Assembly (NCBI GenBank): GCA_027022365.1
Contig: JALVYU010000026.1
Coordinates: 480,001 to 544,000 of the forward strand
Direction: 5' to 3'
Length of the DNA stretch: 64,000 nucleotides
DNA from: Desulfurococcales archaeon
GTDB taxonomy: Archaea; Thermoproteota; Thermoprotei_A; Sulfolobales; Desulfurococcaceae
Shown here: one piece after another, positions 42,866-51,414 of the stretch
Position numbering within the stretch: position 1 is the stretch's first letter
Layout of the letters: each line of letters opens with the position of its first letter
Notes under the pieces: generated by a model
Seen by the model: the letters and a program-made list of their open reading frames with translations, nothing else
Told to the model about the DNA's origin: nothing
The model's database searches: none
Translations under genes and position numbers: made by a program

Positions 42866-43141
42866 ATGGCTTTGGAAACCGAACATTATATCGCTATTGG
42901 TTTTTTATCAACAGCATTACTACCATTCATCCTATTATTGTTCCCCATTGCTTATAGGATTGGGTGGTATTGTTTTAATTACTTCTATGTGGTCTTACCA
43001 TTGACTTATCTTGTGGCCTTCATGCTTTGGAGATGGAAAAAGAAGATATTATCAACAATAACAGCAGTCTTAGGCACAAGTCTGACAATCTACGGATTCT
43101 TATTATATTTAATAGCTCTAGCCCTTATCTCGGAATACTAG
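42866..43141 (+). CDS. small 3-TM membrane protein (possible immunity factor)
   Basis: Three hydrophobic segments; directly follows the secreted pair. Confidence 0.65.
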   Translation: MALETEHYIAIGFLSTALLPFILLLFPIAYRIGWYCFNYFYVVLPLTYLVAFMLWRWKKKILSTITAVLGTSLTIYGFLLYLIALALISEY

Positions 43142-43164
43142 AATCCTTCTTAAGCTCATATTAG

Positions 43165-43959
43165 TTGTTTTTAGCTGACTGTGTCATCTATGTTTTTTAC
43201 TATCTATATTCTCTGGTGGGTAGCATGAATCTGAAGTTTCTAGCTCTAGGCATTATTGTTGTAGCGTTTATCAGCGTATCTGTAGGAGCAACAGCTAGTA
43301 CTGTTAGCATTAGTTTTACAAAGGATTTGTCAAAACTAGCGATCGATCATGAGGTATGGTATAGTACAGAGTTCAATGTATGTGATTCTATTCCCGCAAC
43401 TTGGGTGCATCCCGGCACATGGGAGATAACATATAGTGATATAGATGTCAAGAGTGGCTGGGTACAGGTAGATGTTTACACGCCTGATCTCAGCAACTAC
43501 TTGTTCAGCATAGAGTTCAAAGACAACAAGCAACTAGTACTTTCATACTATGCCAAAGATACATTGTATCATAGACTAGTACTTGGTAACTGGACAGCGG
43601 GCAACAAGGTAGTAGCAATATACAATGCTAGACAATTAATAATAAAGCTATACAATAACGATAAGCTCATTAATTCAACAACAATAGACGACATAGCTGT
43701 TAGGATAAAGATCTCGAAGACAGGAATATGCCTCGTTGCGACAGATATACCTACATGCCATGCAAGCGGGACGATGACGGTCAAGATAACATACATAAAA
43801 AACACGCAAAACACGCAACAAAATACACAACAGGTTCAAGAAGCAGTTAAACAGACAACGAAGACGGTTACGAACACAGCGGTTCAAACGATTACGCCAC
43901 TAGCAGGTCTAGGAATGCTGTTCGCTTTTCTGAGGAAACTCGAGGGACTTGCAAGGTGA
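43165..43959 (+). CDS. secreted beta-sandwich protein with T/Q linker and C-terminal anchor (likely start ATG 43225)
   Basis: Paralog of 39464-40135; NTQ repeats; ends TM + AFLRKL. Confidence 0.7.
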   Translation: MFLADCVIYVFYYLYSLVGSMNLKFLALGIIVVAFISVSVGATASTVSISFTKDLSKLAIDHEVWYSTEFNVCDSIPATWVHPGTWEITYSDIDVKSGWVQVDVYTPDLSNYLFSIEFKDNKQLVLSYYAKDTLYHRLVLGNWTAGNKVVAIYNARQLIIKLYNNDKLINSTTIDDIAVRIKISKTGICLVATDIPTCHASGTMTVKITYIKNTQNTQQNTQQVQEAVKQTTKTVTNTAVQTITPLAGLGMLFAFLRKLEGLAR

Positions 43960-44875
43960 TCTAGTGATGACTAGCAAACGCAAGTATAAATACAAAAGAG
44001 TCTACTTCGGCGAGGATAGCGTATTCAAGGCCGTCAAGGATATTGGTAAGCCAGGCGTCAATACTCGTAAAGAGTTTGTCAAGCTATGCCTATCACAGCT
44101 AGCGGACCTAGCAGACTTGAAGACCAAGGATAAGAAGACTGGAAGAACAATAAAGTGGACTAAACAGCTATGGGCAAGAAGAACATTCATTCTCAGACAG
44201 CTTAATAAGATAAAGAGATTCAGGCTTGGAAGACTAGTAGACTATATCGACCGTGTAGGACGGGCTTTCCTTGACAAGAAGATAGGCCCGGCACAGCTAG
44301 CTGAGGCTCTGGATAAGATTGCTAAGAAGTATGGTGTAAGCGTGAAGGAAGCGAGAGAAATAGCGAAGAAAGTTACCCAGCAGAAGAAAGTACTAGTTAT
44401 CCTAATCAAGCATATTGACGGACACATCGAGAAAGTAGTATTCGGTAAAACAAGAAGGATATCAAAGAAGAAACTGAAGGCAGCTAAGAAACTAGGAGCA
44501 AGAGTAGCTAAGAAGCTGAGAAAGAAGTTTGACGAGGAAACAAAGCGTATAGCAGATTACTTGTGGAGCATGATACCAGAACGTTATAAGAGAAAACCAT
44601 TGCGAATATGGTACTATGTAATGGTTCTATGGCTAGCCTACTACATCAGGAAATACTCGAGAGAGAAAGGCCTGGACTGGAGAGCAATCGACTGGGCCTC
44701 AGAAATCGATTGGAAAGAAGGCTATAGACACGCTAAACACTTCATAGCAGAACTACTAAGGTCAGGGCTATCAAAATACGAGGACTGGACGAAGAAAGAC
44801 TTCGAGGAATACGATAAATACATAGAACAAATGATGCAATGGGAAAAAGAAAGACTAGCAGAAGCAATTGCTTAA
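43949..44875 (+). CDS. very basic protein, putative nucleic-acid-binding/core protein (likely start ATG 43967)
   Basis: K/R-rich throughout; C-terminal DW.AIDW..EIDW motif. Confidence 0.6.
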   Translation: MQGDLVMTSKRKYKYKRVYFGEDSVFKAVKDIGKPGVNTRKEFVKLCLSQLADLADLKTKDKKTGRTIKWTKQLWARRTFILRQLNKIKRFRLGRLVDYIDRVGRAFLDKKIGPAQLAEALDKIAKKYGVSVKEAREIAKKVTQQKKVLVILIKHIDGHIEKVVFGKTRRISKKKLKAAKKLGARVAKKLRKKFDEETKRIADYLWSMIPERYKRKPLRIWYYVMVLWLAYYIRKYSREKGLDWRAIDWASEIDWKEGYRHAKHFIAELLRSGLSKYEDWTKKDFEEYDKYIEQMMQWEKERLAEAIA

Positions 44876-44970
44876 TGAATACTTTTACCTAACTCTCTAG
44901 CTTATTTTTTAGAGTCTATTTTTGGCTCTAGGTTGTGTGCAAGTAGATATGTTTGCTTATATATTTATAT

Positions 44971-44987
44971 ATTTCTAGGATAGAAAT
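44971..44987. promoter_or_regulatory. third TTTCTA-N3-TAGAAA operator
   Basis: ATTTCTAGGATAGAAAT immediately after TATA (tttatata), upstream of wHTH gene. Confidence 0.7.
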
Positions 44988-44989
44988 AA

Positions 44990-45355
44990 TTGAGGCGAGA
45001 TATGATGAAAGAGACTAGGCTGAAAGTGTTAAATTCCTATCCAAGAAACTATTTAATGGGGATTATAGTGAGCATCGAAAAACAAGACATAGACATCATT
45101 GTGTTATATAAGCTTCTAAAGATAATCTATGAAAACCAAAACATATCGCTTACAGACTTATTCAAAAAGTATCGAGAAACCGAGGGAGTTAAAGTAAACT
45201 ACAATAAGGTAAAGAAGCATATCGAGTATGCAGCTCTAAAAGAGCTAGTAGAGATAAAGAAGGGAAAACCTACCAAGCTATCTATAACCAAAAAAGGAAT
45301 CGACTACATGTTCTTAATGAGCCGTGTCCTCAGCGTTCTCGGCGAACAGATCTAG
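44990..45355 (+). CDS. winged-helix DNA-binding regulator
   Basis: LTDLF...NYNKVKKHIEY....LV......LSITKKG wHTH pattern. Confidence 0.75.
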   Translation: MRRDMMKETRLKVLNSYPRNYLMGIIVSIEKQDIDIIVLYKLLKIIYENQNISLTDLFKKYRETEGVKVNYNKVKKHIEYAALKELVEIKKGKPTKLSITKKGIDYMFLMSRVLSVLGEQI

Positions 45356-46339
45356 GAGATACAGATAGGGCTTGAACGCTTCATAGTACTTCTGGCTTAT
45401 TAGCTTTATATGCTTAATATAGTGTTCCACCTGCACGGTTTCTAAGCGTCCTTGAAGAAGATCCTTTTCGCCATCGTCGAGATACCCAGACGTTATGGCT
45501 ATCCAGGCCTTGCGGAACAACCCTATGTTTATTCCGAACTTGTGTCTTACATGGTCTTTCCAGTTCTCTGTCAATAGGATTGGATGGTATTCGTTGACGA
45601 GCTGGAAAAGCTTTTCCGGAATTAGCGTGATATAGGCTTTCTTCTTAACTCTATCATAATTTAGTACTACTAGGTAGACGCCGTTTAGCTTGATTTTTCT
45701 TAGTGTATTCCAGTTATCTAGCATGTACTTGATTTCCGTGCTTCTTAGTCCGGTAAAGAAGGCTATTATTATTGGTAGCTTGTACTTGGTGTTTCTGTTG
45801 ACTATCTTCTTTATGGTTTCAAGGGCTTGGTCTATGATGCTTATTGCTTCGCCTGTTTCCTTTATCTCGAACTCTAGTATTCTCTTAGTTATTTCTTCGA
45901 TTTTCCTAGGCGGCATGTATTTTCTTAGTAGCTTTGTATTGATTTCGAGATTAATACCGTACATTAACAGAGCGTAATCACGTAAAGCTGGTACGGCTTC
46001 TAGCACTCCCCTTGCTCTGCGATAGTTTAGCTGCTTCATCATAAGCGGGTTCTCAATGATCTTTAGCAGATACTTGCTGCTTGTATACACGTAGATAGCG
46101 TGGCCCCTGGAGCTGTAACGTTGCTTTAACCATGCTAGAAAGTTTGGATCATTCACAATCCTTACCAAAATTTCGGGATGAGAAACTATAGGATTAGAAC
46201 CATTATGGGACGCTTGGTTCTGTGATATCACAGGTATATCACGGGTGATATCACTCTGTGATATAGGCTGTGATATGCCGTGATATGATTCGATCGGATG
46301 CCAACCGAGCGCTCTTCCAGGCTGAGCTACCGGCCCACG
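45314..46339 (-). CDS. integrase C-terminal fragment int(C), tyrosine recombinase
   Basis: FTGLRSTE, KKKAY, FRK, LQGR, EHY catalytic pattern; begins with translated att; joins int(N) in frame to give 403 aa. Confidence 0.9.
   Translation of the reverse strand, partial: RGPVAQPGRALGWHPIESYHGISQPISQSDITRDIPVISQNQASHNGSNPIVSHPEILVRIVNDPNFLAWLKQRYSSRGHAIYVYTSSKYLLKIIENPLMMKQLNYRRARGVLEAVPALRDYALLMYGINLEINTKLLRKYMPPRKIEEITKRILEFEIKETGEAISIIDQALETIKKIVNRNTKYKLPIIIAFFTGLRSTEIKYMLDNWNTLRKIKLNGVYLVVLNYDRVKKKAYITLIPEKLFQLVNEYHPILLTENWKDHVRHKFGINIGLFRKAWIAITSGYLDDGEKDLLQGRLETVQVEHYIKHIKLISQKYYEAFKPYLYLLDLFAENAEDTAH
46222..46286. repeat. GTGATAT/ATATCAC array next to att inside int(C)
   Basis: GTGATAT at 46222, 46245, 46258, 46270, 46280; ATATCAC at 46225, 46236, 46248. 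Confidence 0.85.
46294..46339. repeat. att direct repeat (46 bp), right copy (tRNA-Ala 5' half)
   Basis: Identical to 31703-31748. Confidence 0.97.
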
Positions 46340-46370
46340 TACCCCGGAGAAAACACTATTCACAACCAGC

Positions 46371-46384
46371 TTATAAAGTTTTAA
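46371..46384 (-). promoter_or_regulatory. original host tRNA-Ala BRE/TATA
   Basis: TTAAAACTTTATAA, 35 nt upstream of the half-tRNA, outside the element. Confidence 0.8.
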
Positions 46385-46477
46385 TTTTTTCCCTGGTACT
46401 CTGTATCTCTTCTATTAGCGATAAATTACTATATAATGACGTAATATTATGTATTAGTACATGATAATATTAATAAG

Positions 46478-46777
46478 GTGTATTCTATGCTCGGAAAGAA
46501 TCCTCTAGATATTACTCGTAAGGAGGCCTTATCTCGCGAAGAGATGATTCAAGCTATTAGATGGGCTATAATGGCAGAGCTTGATGCTGTTAATTTCTAT
46601 ACTCAGTTTGCGGAGCTTATCCAGGACGAGGGAGTGAAGAGAGTATTCCTCGATATTGCTAGGGAGGAGAAAGAACATATTGGTGAGTTCTTAGAGCTTC
46701 TCCGTCGTTTCGACGAGGAACAAGCTGAAGCGATCGAACATGGACGTAAAGAGGTAGTAGAACTGCTTAAAGAATAA
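46478..46777 (+). CDS. ferritin-like protein (encapsulated-ferritin/Flp type)
   Basis: AELDAVNFY...DIAREEKEHIGEF. Confidence 0.85.
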   Translation: MYSMLGKNPLDITRKEALSREEMIQAIRWAIMAELDAVNFYTQFAELIQDEGVKRVFLDIAREEKEHIGEFLELLRRFDEEQAEAIEHGRKEVVELLKE

Positions 46778-46875
46778 TGGTTTTTCCTCGATTATTGCTG
46801 GCTCATAGTTTTTCTATCTCCATTATAATATATATCTAGGAATCCATATAGTCTGCTCAGTCCTAACCACGGCGG

Positions 46876-48075
46876 GTGGGGGATGCCGAGATATTGAGTG
46901 ATATTATCGACAAGATAATAGAAGAGCGTCTGAAAAGACATGGACGGATATTTGTAAATAAAGAAATTCTATTACCAGACTACATACCAGAAACGCTTCC
47001 CCACAGAGAACGTGAAATCAGGAAACTAGTAGAGATCCTTGTTGTTGGCCTGAAAGGTGAGAGGCCAAGCAATATCCTCATCTACGGATTAACCGGGACA
47101 GGTAAAACAGCTGTCACGAAATTTGTATTGAAAAAACTCATGGAGAAAGCCCCGAGCCTGGGTGCTAGGATAAAATATGCTTATGTGAACACCCGTAAAG
47201 TGGATACGACGTATCGTGTACTAGCATCAATAGCTAGGAGCCTGGGCCTTAGAATACCGTTATCAGGAATAGCCATATCAGAGATATATACACGGTATGT
47301 ACAAGCACTCGAAAATTGGGGCGGTCTCCACATAATAGCTCTCGACGAGATAGACTATTATGTAAAGAGACATGGTGATGATCTGCTCTACAAGCTTGTC
47401 AGAATCAATGAAGATCTCGAGAATGCCAAAGTAGCTATTATAGGCATAACAAACGATATTAACTTCGTCGACACACTCGACCCGCGTGTCAGGAGTAGTC
47501 TAGGAGAAGAAGAAATAGTGTTCTCTCCGTATGATGCAGAGCAATTATTCGATATACTGTGGGAGAGGGCGCAGAAAGCATTTGTTCCAGGAGCTGTATC
47601 TGAGAAAATAGTTCGTTACTGTGCAGGCCTCGCCGCGAGAGAACATGGTGATGCCCGCAGAGCGCTAGACTTACTGAGAGTTGCTGGAGAAATAGCTGAA
47701 AGACAAGGTGCGAACAAGGTCGAGATAAAACATGTTATACAGGCATCCCGCGAAATAGAGTATGGTAGAATCTATCAAGCTGTATCAACACTGCCGCTCC
47801 ACGCCAAGCTGGTACTTAACGCCATTATATACCTTGTAAAGACAAAGGGAAGCGGGACCACAGGAGAAATATACAGCAAGTACAAGGAGATCGCGATGAG
47901 CTATGGATACGATCCCCTAACCCAGCGCAGGGTCAGTGAGATCATAAACGAGCTTGACATGCTGGGTCTCGCGACAGCACTAGTAGTAAATAGGGGAAGA
48001 TATGGTAAAACCAAAATAGTCAAGATACCCCGCGAACTCCTCACGATAATGGAGGAAGCCCTCGGTGAGACGTGA
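46876..48075 (+). CDS. cdc6: Orc1/Cdc6 replication initiator
   Basis: LPHRE, GLTGTGKT, LDEID, GDARRALDLLR, GRYGKT. Confidence 0.95.
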   Translation: MGDAEILSDIIDKIIEERLKRHGRIFVNKEILLPDYIPETLPHREREIRKLVEILVVGLKGERPSNILIYGLTGTGKTAVTKFVLKKLMEKAPSLGARIKYAYVNTRKVDTTYRVLASIARSLGLRIPLSGIAISEIYTRYVQALENWGGLHIIALDEIDYYVKRHGDDLLYKLVRINEDLENAKVAIIGITNDINFVDTLDPRVRSSLGEEEIVFSPYDAEQLFDILWERAQKAFVPGAVSEKIVRYCAGLAAREHGDARRALDLLRVAGEIAERQGANKVEIKHVIQASREIEYGRIYQAVSTLPLHAKLVLNAIIYLVKTKGSGTTGEIYSKYKEIAMSYGYDPLTQRRVSEIINELDMLGLATALVVNRGRYGKTKIVKIPRELLTIMEEALGET

Positions 48076-48655
48076 CATAATAGCTTTTGATGACGGATAT
48101 TTTCCACCCACATTTAAGGGATCGGTGGGAAAAACCCTGCTTATGGGAGTCTTATATCATGAAGGGGTAACGATATCGAAAATACTATGGGATACTATCG
48201 TTGTCGACGGATTAGGTGTTACGGATAGAATCGCGAGTATGGTTAATGTTCTAAAAATTTATTCAGATAACCCGGTCGTTATCCTTGATGGAATAACATA
48301 TGCTGGATTCGACGTCGCAGATCCTGACAAGATATACTCGGCGACAAAAATACCTGTTATCAGCTTTATACAGTACCCGCTAGATCTAGAAAGAATTAGA
48401 AGCGCTCTTATCAAACATTTTTCAGACTATGAGACAAGATATCAAGTAATTCATAGAACCTACACAAAGACAGTACCCTTGATCACTCCATGGCGCGTGG
48501 TTCGATTCTACGCCGTAGGCATAACAAGAAAAGAAGCGTCATCACTGTTAAGAGAACTAATGATCTACAGTCCTGTGCCGGAACCCCTAAGAATAGCGCA
48601 TATGGTTGCATCATACTTGTCGAAATACATGCTGGAAAACGGATATCTCCCATAA
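48065..48655 (+). CDS. DUF99 family (endonuclease V-like fold)
   Basis: FDDG, VDG...T, LDGITYAGF, PEPLRIAH. Confidence 0.85.
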   Translation: MRRDIIAFDDGYFPPTFKGSVGKTLLMGVLYHEGVTISKILWDTIVVDGLGVTDRIASMVNVLKIYSDNPVVILDGITYAGFDVADPDKIYSATKIPVISFIQYPLDLERIRSALIKHFSDYETRYQVIHRTYTKTVPLITPWRVVRFYAVGITRKEASSLLRELMIYSPVPEPLRIAHMVASYLSKYMLENGYLP

Positions 48656-48685
48656 TTATCAACTCTTGAAGAAAGTATGGGCGAG

Positions 48686-48759
48686 CGGGCCCGCCGGGAT
48701 TTGAACCCGGGACCTACGGGTTAAAAGCCCGCCGCTCTTCCAGGCTGAGCTACGGGCCC
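48686..48759 (-). tRNA. tRNA-Lys(TTT)
   Basis: GGGCCCG...GCGGG-CTTTTAA-CCCGT...CGGGCCCG. Confidence 0.95.
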
Positions 48760-48790
48760 ATACTGGTTATTAGAAAGTGTATAGAAGGGA

Positions 48791-49099
48791 TTATAAAATA
48801 CACGTTCCTGGCCATAAGGCCTTGTATCTTTGCACCCCATATTTCTTCTGGAGTGCCGAGAACTCTCGTTTCCCCAGCACTGTCAGCACCTCTATCCTAC
48901 TGGCTCTGAACGCATAGACCACAGCAGATCCCTGATACCCAAGCACGATATATACATCTTTTAACCCATCATAGATCACTCCAAGAGGATTCGAGAGAAC
49001 ATCTAGTACCTCATCTAGAGATATCTTTCTGTCATGCATTCTTCTAAGTGCATGCTTAGAGAAAACTATGGAAAAACCCGTTTTGTCGTCGGAAAACAT
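48791..49099 (-). CDS. DUF4258 (RelE/BrnT-like) protein
   Basis: FSKHALRRM.DR.I...EV...L.NP motif. Confidence 0.75.
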   Translation of the reverse strand: MFSDDKTGFSIVFSKHALRRMHDRKISLDEVLDVLSNPLGVIYDGLKDVYIVLGYQGSAVVYAFRASRIEVLTVLGKREFSALQKKYGVQRYKALWPGTCIL

Positions 49100-49138
49100 T
49101 TAAGACCCCCACGGAAATCCTATCTATAGCTTGGAAGT

Positions 49139-49235
49139 AGCCGGGTCGTCTAGCGGCCAAGGATGCGGGGCTCTGGCCCGTCCCGCGACGGGGAGAACCC
49201 CCGTGACCGGGGTTCGAATCCCCGCCCGGCTACCA
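49139..49235 (+). tRNA. tRNA-Gln(CTG) with 21-nt intron (49177-49197) at 37/38
   Basis: AGCCGGG...CGGGG-CTCTGG[intron]C-CCCCG...CCCGGCTACCA; bulge-helix-bulge CTCT/GGAG. Confidence 0.92.
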
Positions 49236-49364
49236 TTCATTTTTCACTGGTTCTCATACATCATTATCACTACATGCCTATTATTAGTCTAGTACGGCGA
49301 TATCATCATCGCGAGAAGATAGAAAAAAGATTATGTTTCTAATTAAAAACAATTGTTGTTATGA

Positions 49365-50129
49365 TTACTTTGTTGATCTGCCCTTAGGCGTTACTGTAAC
49401 ATTTGTACCTAGATTTATTCCGAGGCTTGAACAGATATTATTGGCTCCTGTCTCCATTGGCGAGTTTATTATTTGCTCATATTCCTGCTGGGATATTACC
49501 TGTGGTGTGTAGGTTGTGTTGAACATTTTCTCAAGTGTTGATACGAAAGCTCTTAGATGATTGCGTGAACCCATCATGAGGCACTCGAATACTTGTTTGA
49601 TGTCTTCATGCTGTACTTTCGCGATCCACTCCTGTAGGTCCTTTATATCGGTTTCCTCAATAAGTGCGCCAACTTTTAGTGCTTCTTCGAGGCCCTTTGA
49701 TCCCTCTTTTATAAGCTGGTTATATAGTTCTTGAATATGCGTGTTGTTAAACTGGCCGGGAGCGCCGAGGTTGATCGGTATCCCGTATTTTTCAGCGAGA
49801 TTTAGTACCGCCTTAACATGTGTCGTCTCACTTTTCGCTATGTTCGCAAACACTGGCACGTTGGGATACATTTCTGCAAGTTTCGAGTATACATCTAGGG
49901 CGAGTTTTTCTTCCTCCGCCATGTACTTAATGGCTTCTATTTCTACAGGTGTTAGACCAGACGTTGTAGTAGTGGTTGATGCTACCGGAGATGTTGAGGT
50001 AAACGTTGTCGTCGTTGTGGGTACTACTGTTTTTGTCTGCTGGATACTCATGTAATATGCTGCTCCACCAATTACAATAGCTATGAGTATAATTAGCCCG
50101 ATTATCCCGTACTTATTCATAGTAAACAC
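49365..50129 (-). CDS. membrane-anchored ferritin-like protein (DUF2202)
   Basis: N-terminal TM, Thr linker, EEEKLALDVY, SE.TH, IEE.DI.DL, GSRNHLRAF. Confidence 0.88.
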   Translation of the reverse strand: MFTMNKYGIIGLIILIAIVIGGAAYYMSIQQTKTVVPTTTTTFTSTSPVASTTTTTSGLTPVEIEAIKYMAEEEKLALDVYSKLAEMYPNVPVFANIAKSETTHVKAVLNLAEKYGIPINLGAPGQFNNTHIQELYNQLIKEGSKGLEEALKVGALIEETDIKDLQEWIAKVQHEDIKQVFECLMMGSRNHLRAFVSTLEKMFNTTYTPQVISQQEYEQIINSPMETGANNICSSLGINLGTNVTVTPKGRSTK

Positions 50130-50221
50130 CCGTTTGCTTTCTTCGCCACTGTTTTCTATTGTTCTAACTTTAATAGTTTATTTTACAAATCGAGTTAACA
50201 ATTTATGAGAAAAAATTATAT

Positions 50222-50506
50222 ATGATGTTTTGGCCCGTAAAGGAAGAGGTGATGCTTCTGCCAAAATACAACATCAAAATCTATGGATTATTAGTAGACA
50301 TTATAGGTTCAAACACTATATCGCTAATAATCAATAGCCCTAAAATTAGCGTAAGCAAACTCCTACATGAGCTCTACAAAAAATACCCGGAGCTGAAAAG
50401 TCTCAAGATACCATTCAACATATATATTAATGGAAAGCCTGCCGACAATATCGAATGTGGACCTAATGACGAAATAGCACTACTACCTCCCGGTTCGGGT
50501 GGATAA
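50222..50506 (+). CDS. moaD: MoaD/SAMP sulfur carrier
   Basis: ING motif, C-terminal LPPGSGG; precedes moaE. Confidence 0.85.
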   Translation: MMFWPVKEEVMLLPKYNIKIYGLLVDIIGSNTISLIINSPKISVSKLLHELYKKYPELKSLKIPFNIYINGKPADNIECGPNDEIALLPPGSGG

Positions 50507-50987
50507 TATGACAAAGCCGGACGTTATCGTTGATATCGGTAGAGAAGATCCCTCCTTAGATGAGATCATTAACGCTATGAGGATTAAAACAAGTAATAAA
50601 GGAGCCGGTGCTATTGTTGCCTTTATTGGATTCGTGAAAGGACTAGTTAACGGAAGACGTGTAGAGAAGCTTGTATACACGGCTTACGATAAGTATGTGA
50701 AAGAGATTATATATGATCTCACAGGAAAAGTTGTTGAGAAATATAGCAACGTAAGGATGGTCTATGTTTATCACAAGATAGGAGAACTATCGCCCGGCGA
50801 TACTACCATCTATATCTTAGTATCTGCAGTGGATCGCGATACGGGCTTCTTAGCTGCTCGTGAGATACTTGAAGCTATAAAGAAGAGTGCTCCTATATTT
50901 AAGCTAGAGGTTCGAGAAGATGGTGAATACTGGGTAGTGGGGGATAAAAGGATTAATCGCTCTGAGCTTCGGAGAAAGTTTTCTTGA
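50499..50987 (+). CDS. moaE: molybdopterin synthase large subunit
   Basis: GAIVAFIGFVK, H..G.L.PG, K..APIFKLE. Confidence 0.92.
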   Translation: MDNMTKPDVIVDIGREDPSLDEIINAMRIKTSNKGAGAIVAFIGFVKGLVNGRRVEKLVYTAYDKYVKEIIYDLTGKVVEKYSNVRMVYVYHKIGELSPGDTTIYILVSAVDRDTGFLAAREILEAIKKSAPIFKLEVREDGEYWVVGDKRINRSELRRKFS

Positions 50988-51414
50988 TCTTTGATATAAC
51001 CCTAATGTTCTCGATCCTAGTTATTGGGTACTGGCCTTCCTCGTCTTTCTCGTACTTCTTCACTAGATCCCATACATTTAGGAGAGCCACGCTAACCCCC
51101 GTGATAGCCTCCATCTCTACCCCTGTCTTGGCGGTCGTTTTCACCGTTACTCTACATAGGATGTGTTCCTCGTCTAGTACTTTGAACTCAACATTTACGT
51201 GAGTGATCGGTATGTTATGGCACAAAGGTATGAGCTCGGGTGTTTTCTTAACAGCATTGATAGCGGCAATCTTGGATATAGTAAATACGTCTCCTTTTTC
51301 GACCCTTCCCTCGATAATTCTCCTAACAGTTCCTCTCCTGAGCCTTATAATGCCCTCAGCAGTTGCTTCCCTATATACCTCGTTTTTCAAAGTTATATCT
51401 ACCATTGACATCAT
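50953..51414 (-). CDS. moaC: cyclic pyranopterin monophosphate synthase
   Basis: MVDIT.K, LIPLCH, TGVEMEA. Confidence 0.95.
   Translation of the reverse strand: MMSMVDITLKNEVYREATAEGIIRLRRGTVRRIIEGRVEKGDVFTISKIAAINAVKKTPELIPLCHNIPITHVNVEFKVLDEEHILCRVTVKTTAKTGVEMEAITGVSVALLNVWDLVKKYEKDEEGQYPITRIENIRVISKIKKTFSEAQSD

Noticed and set aside
46222-46286. Repeat clusters here and at 56443-56580 as CRISPR or mini-arrays
   Set aside because: Units are 7-10 bp with no spacer-length unique sequence; no cas genes in the window
46340-46363. Track start GTG for int(C)
   Set aside because: Lies in host DNA outside att, between the tRNA TATA box and likely TSS; fortuitous
46780-46875. Possible chromosomal origin beside cdc6
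   Set aside because: No ORB-like TCCA...GGAAA boxes seen and the spacer is short
49240-49312. Possible box C/D sRNA on minus (ATGATGA at 49303-49309)
   Set aside because: D and D' boxes are non-consensus and spacing is irregular
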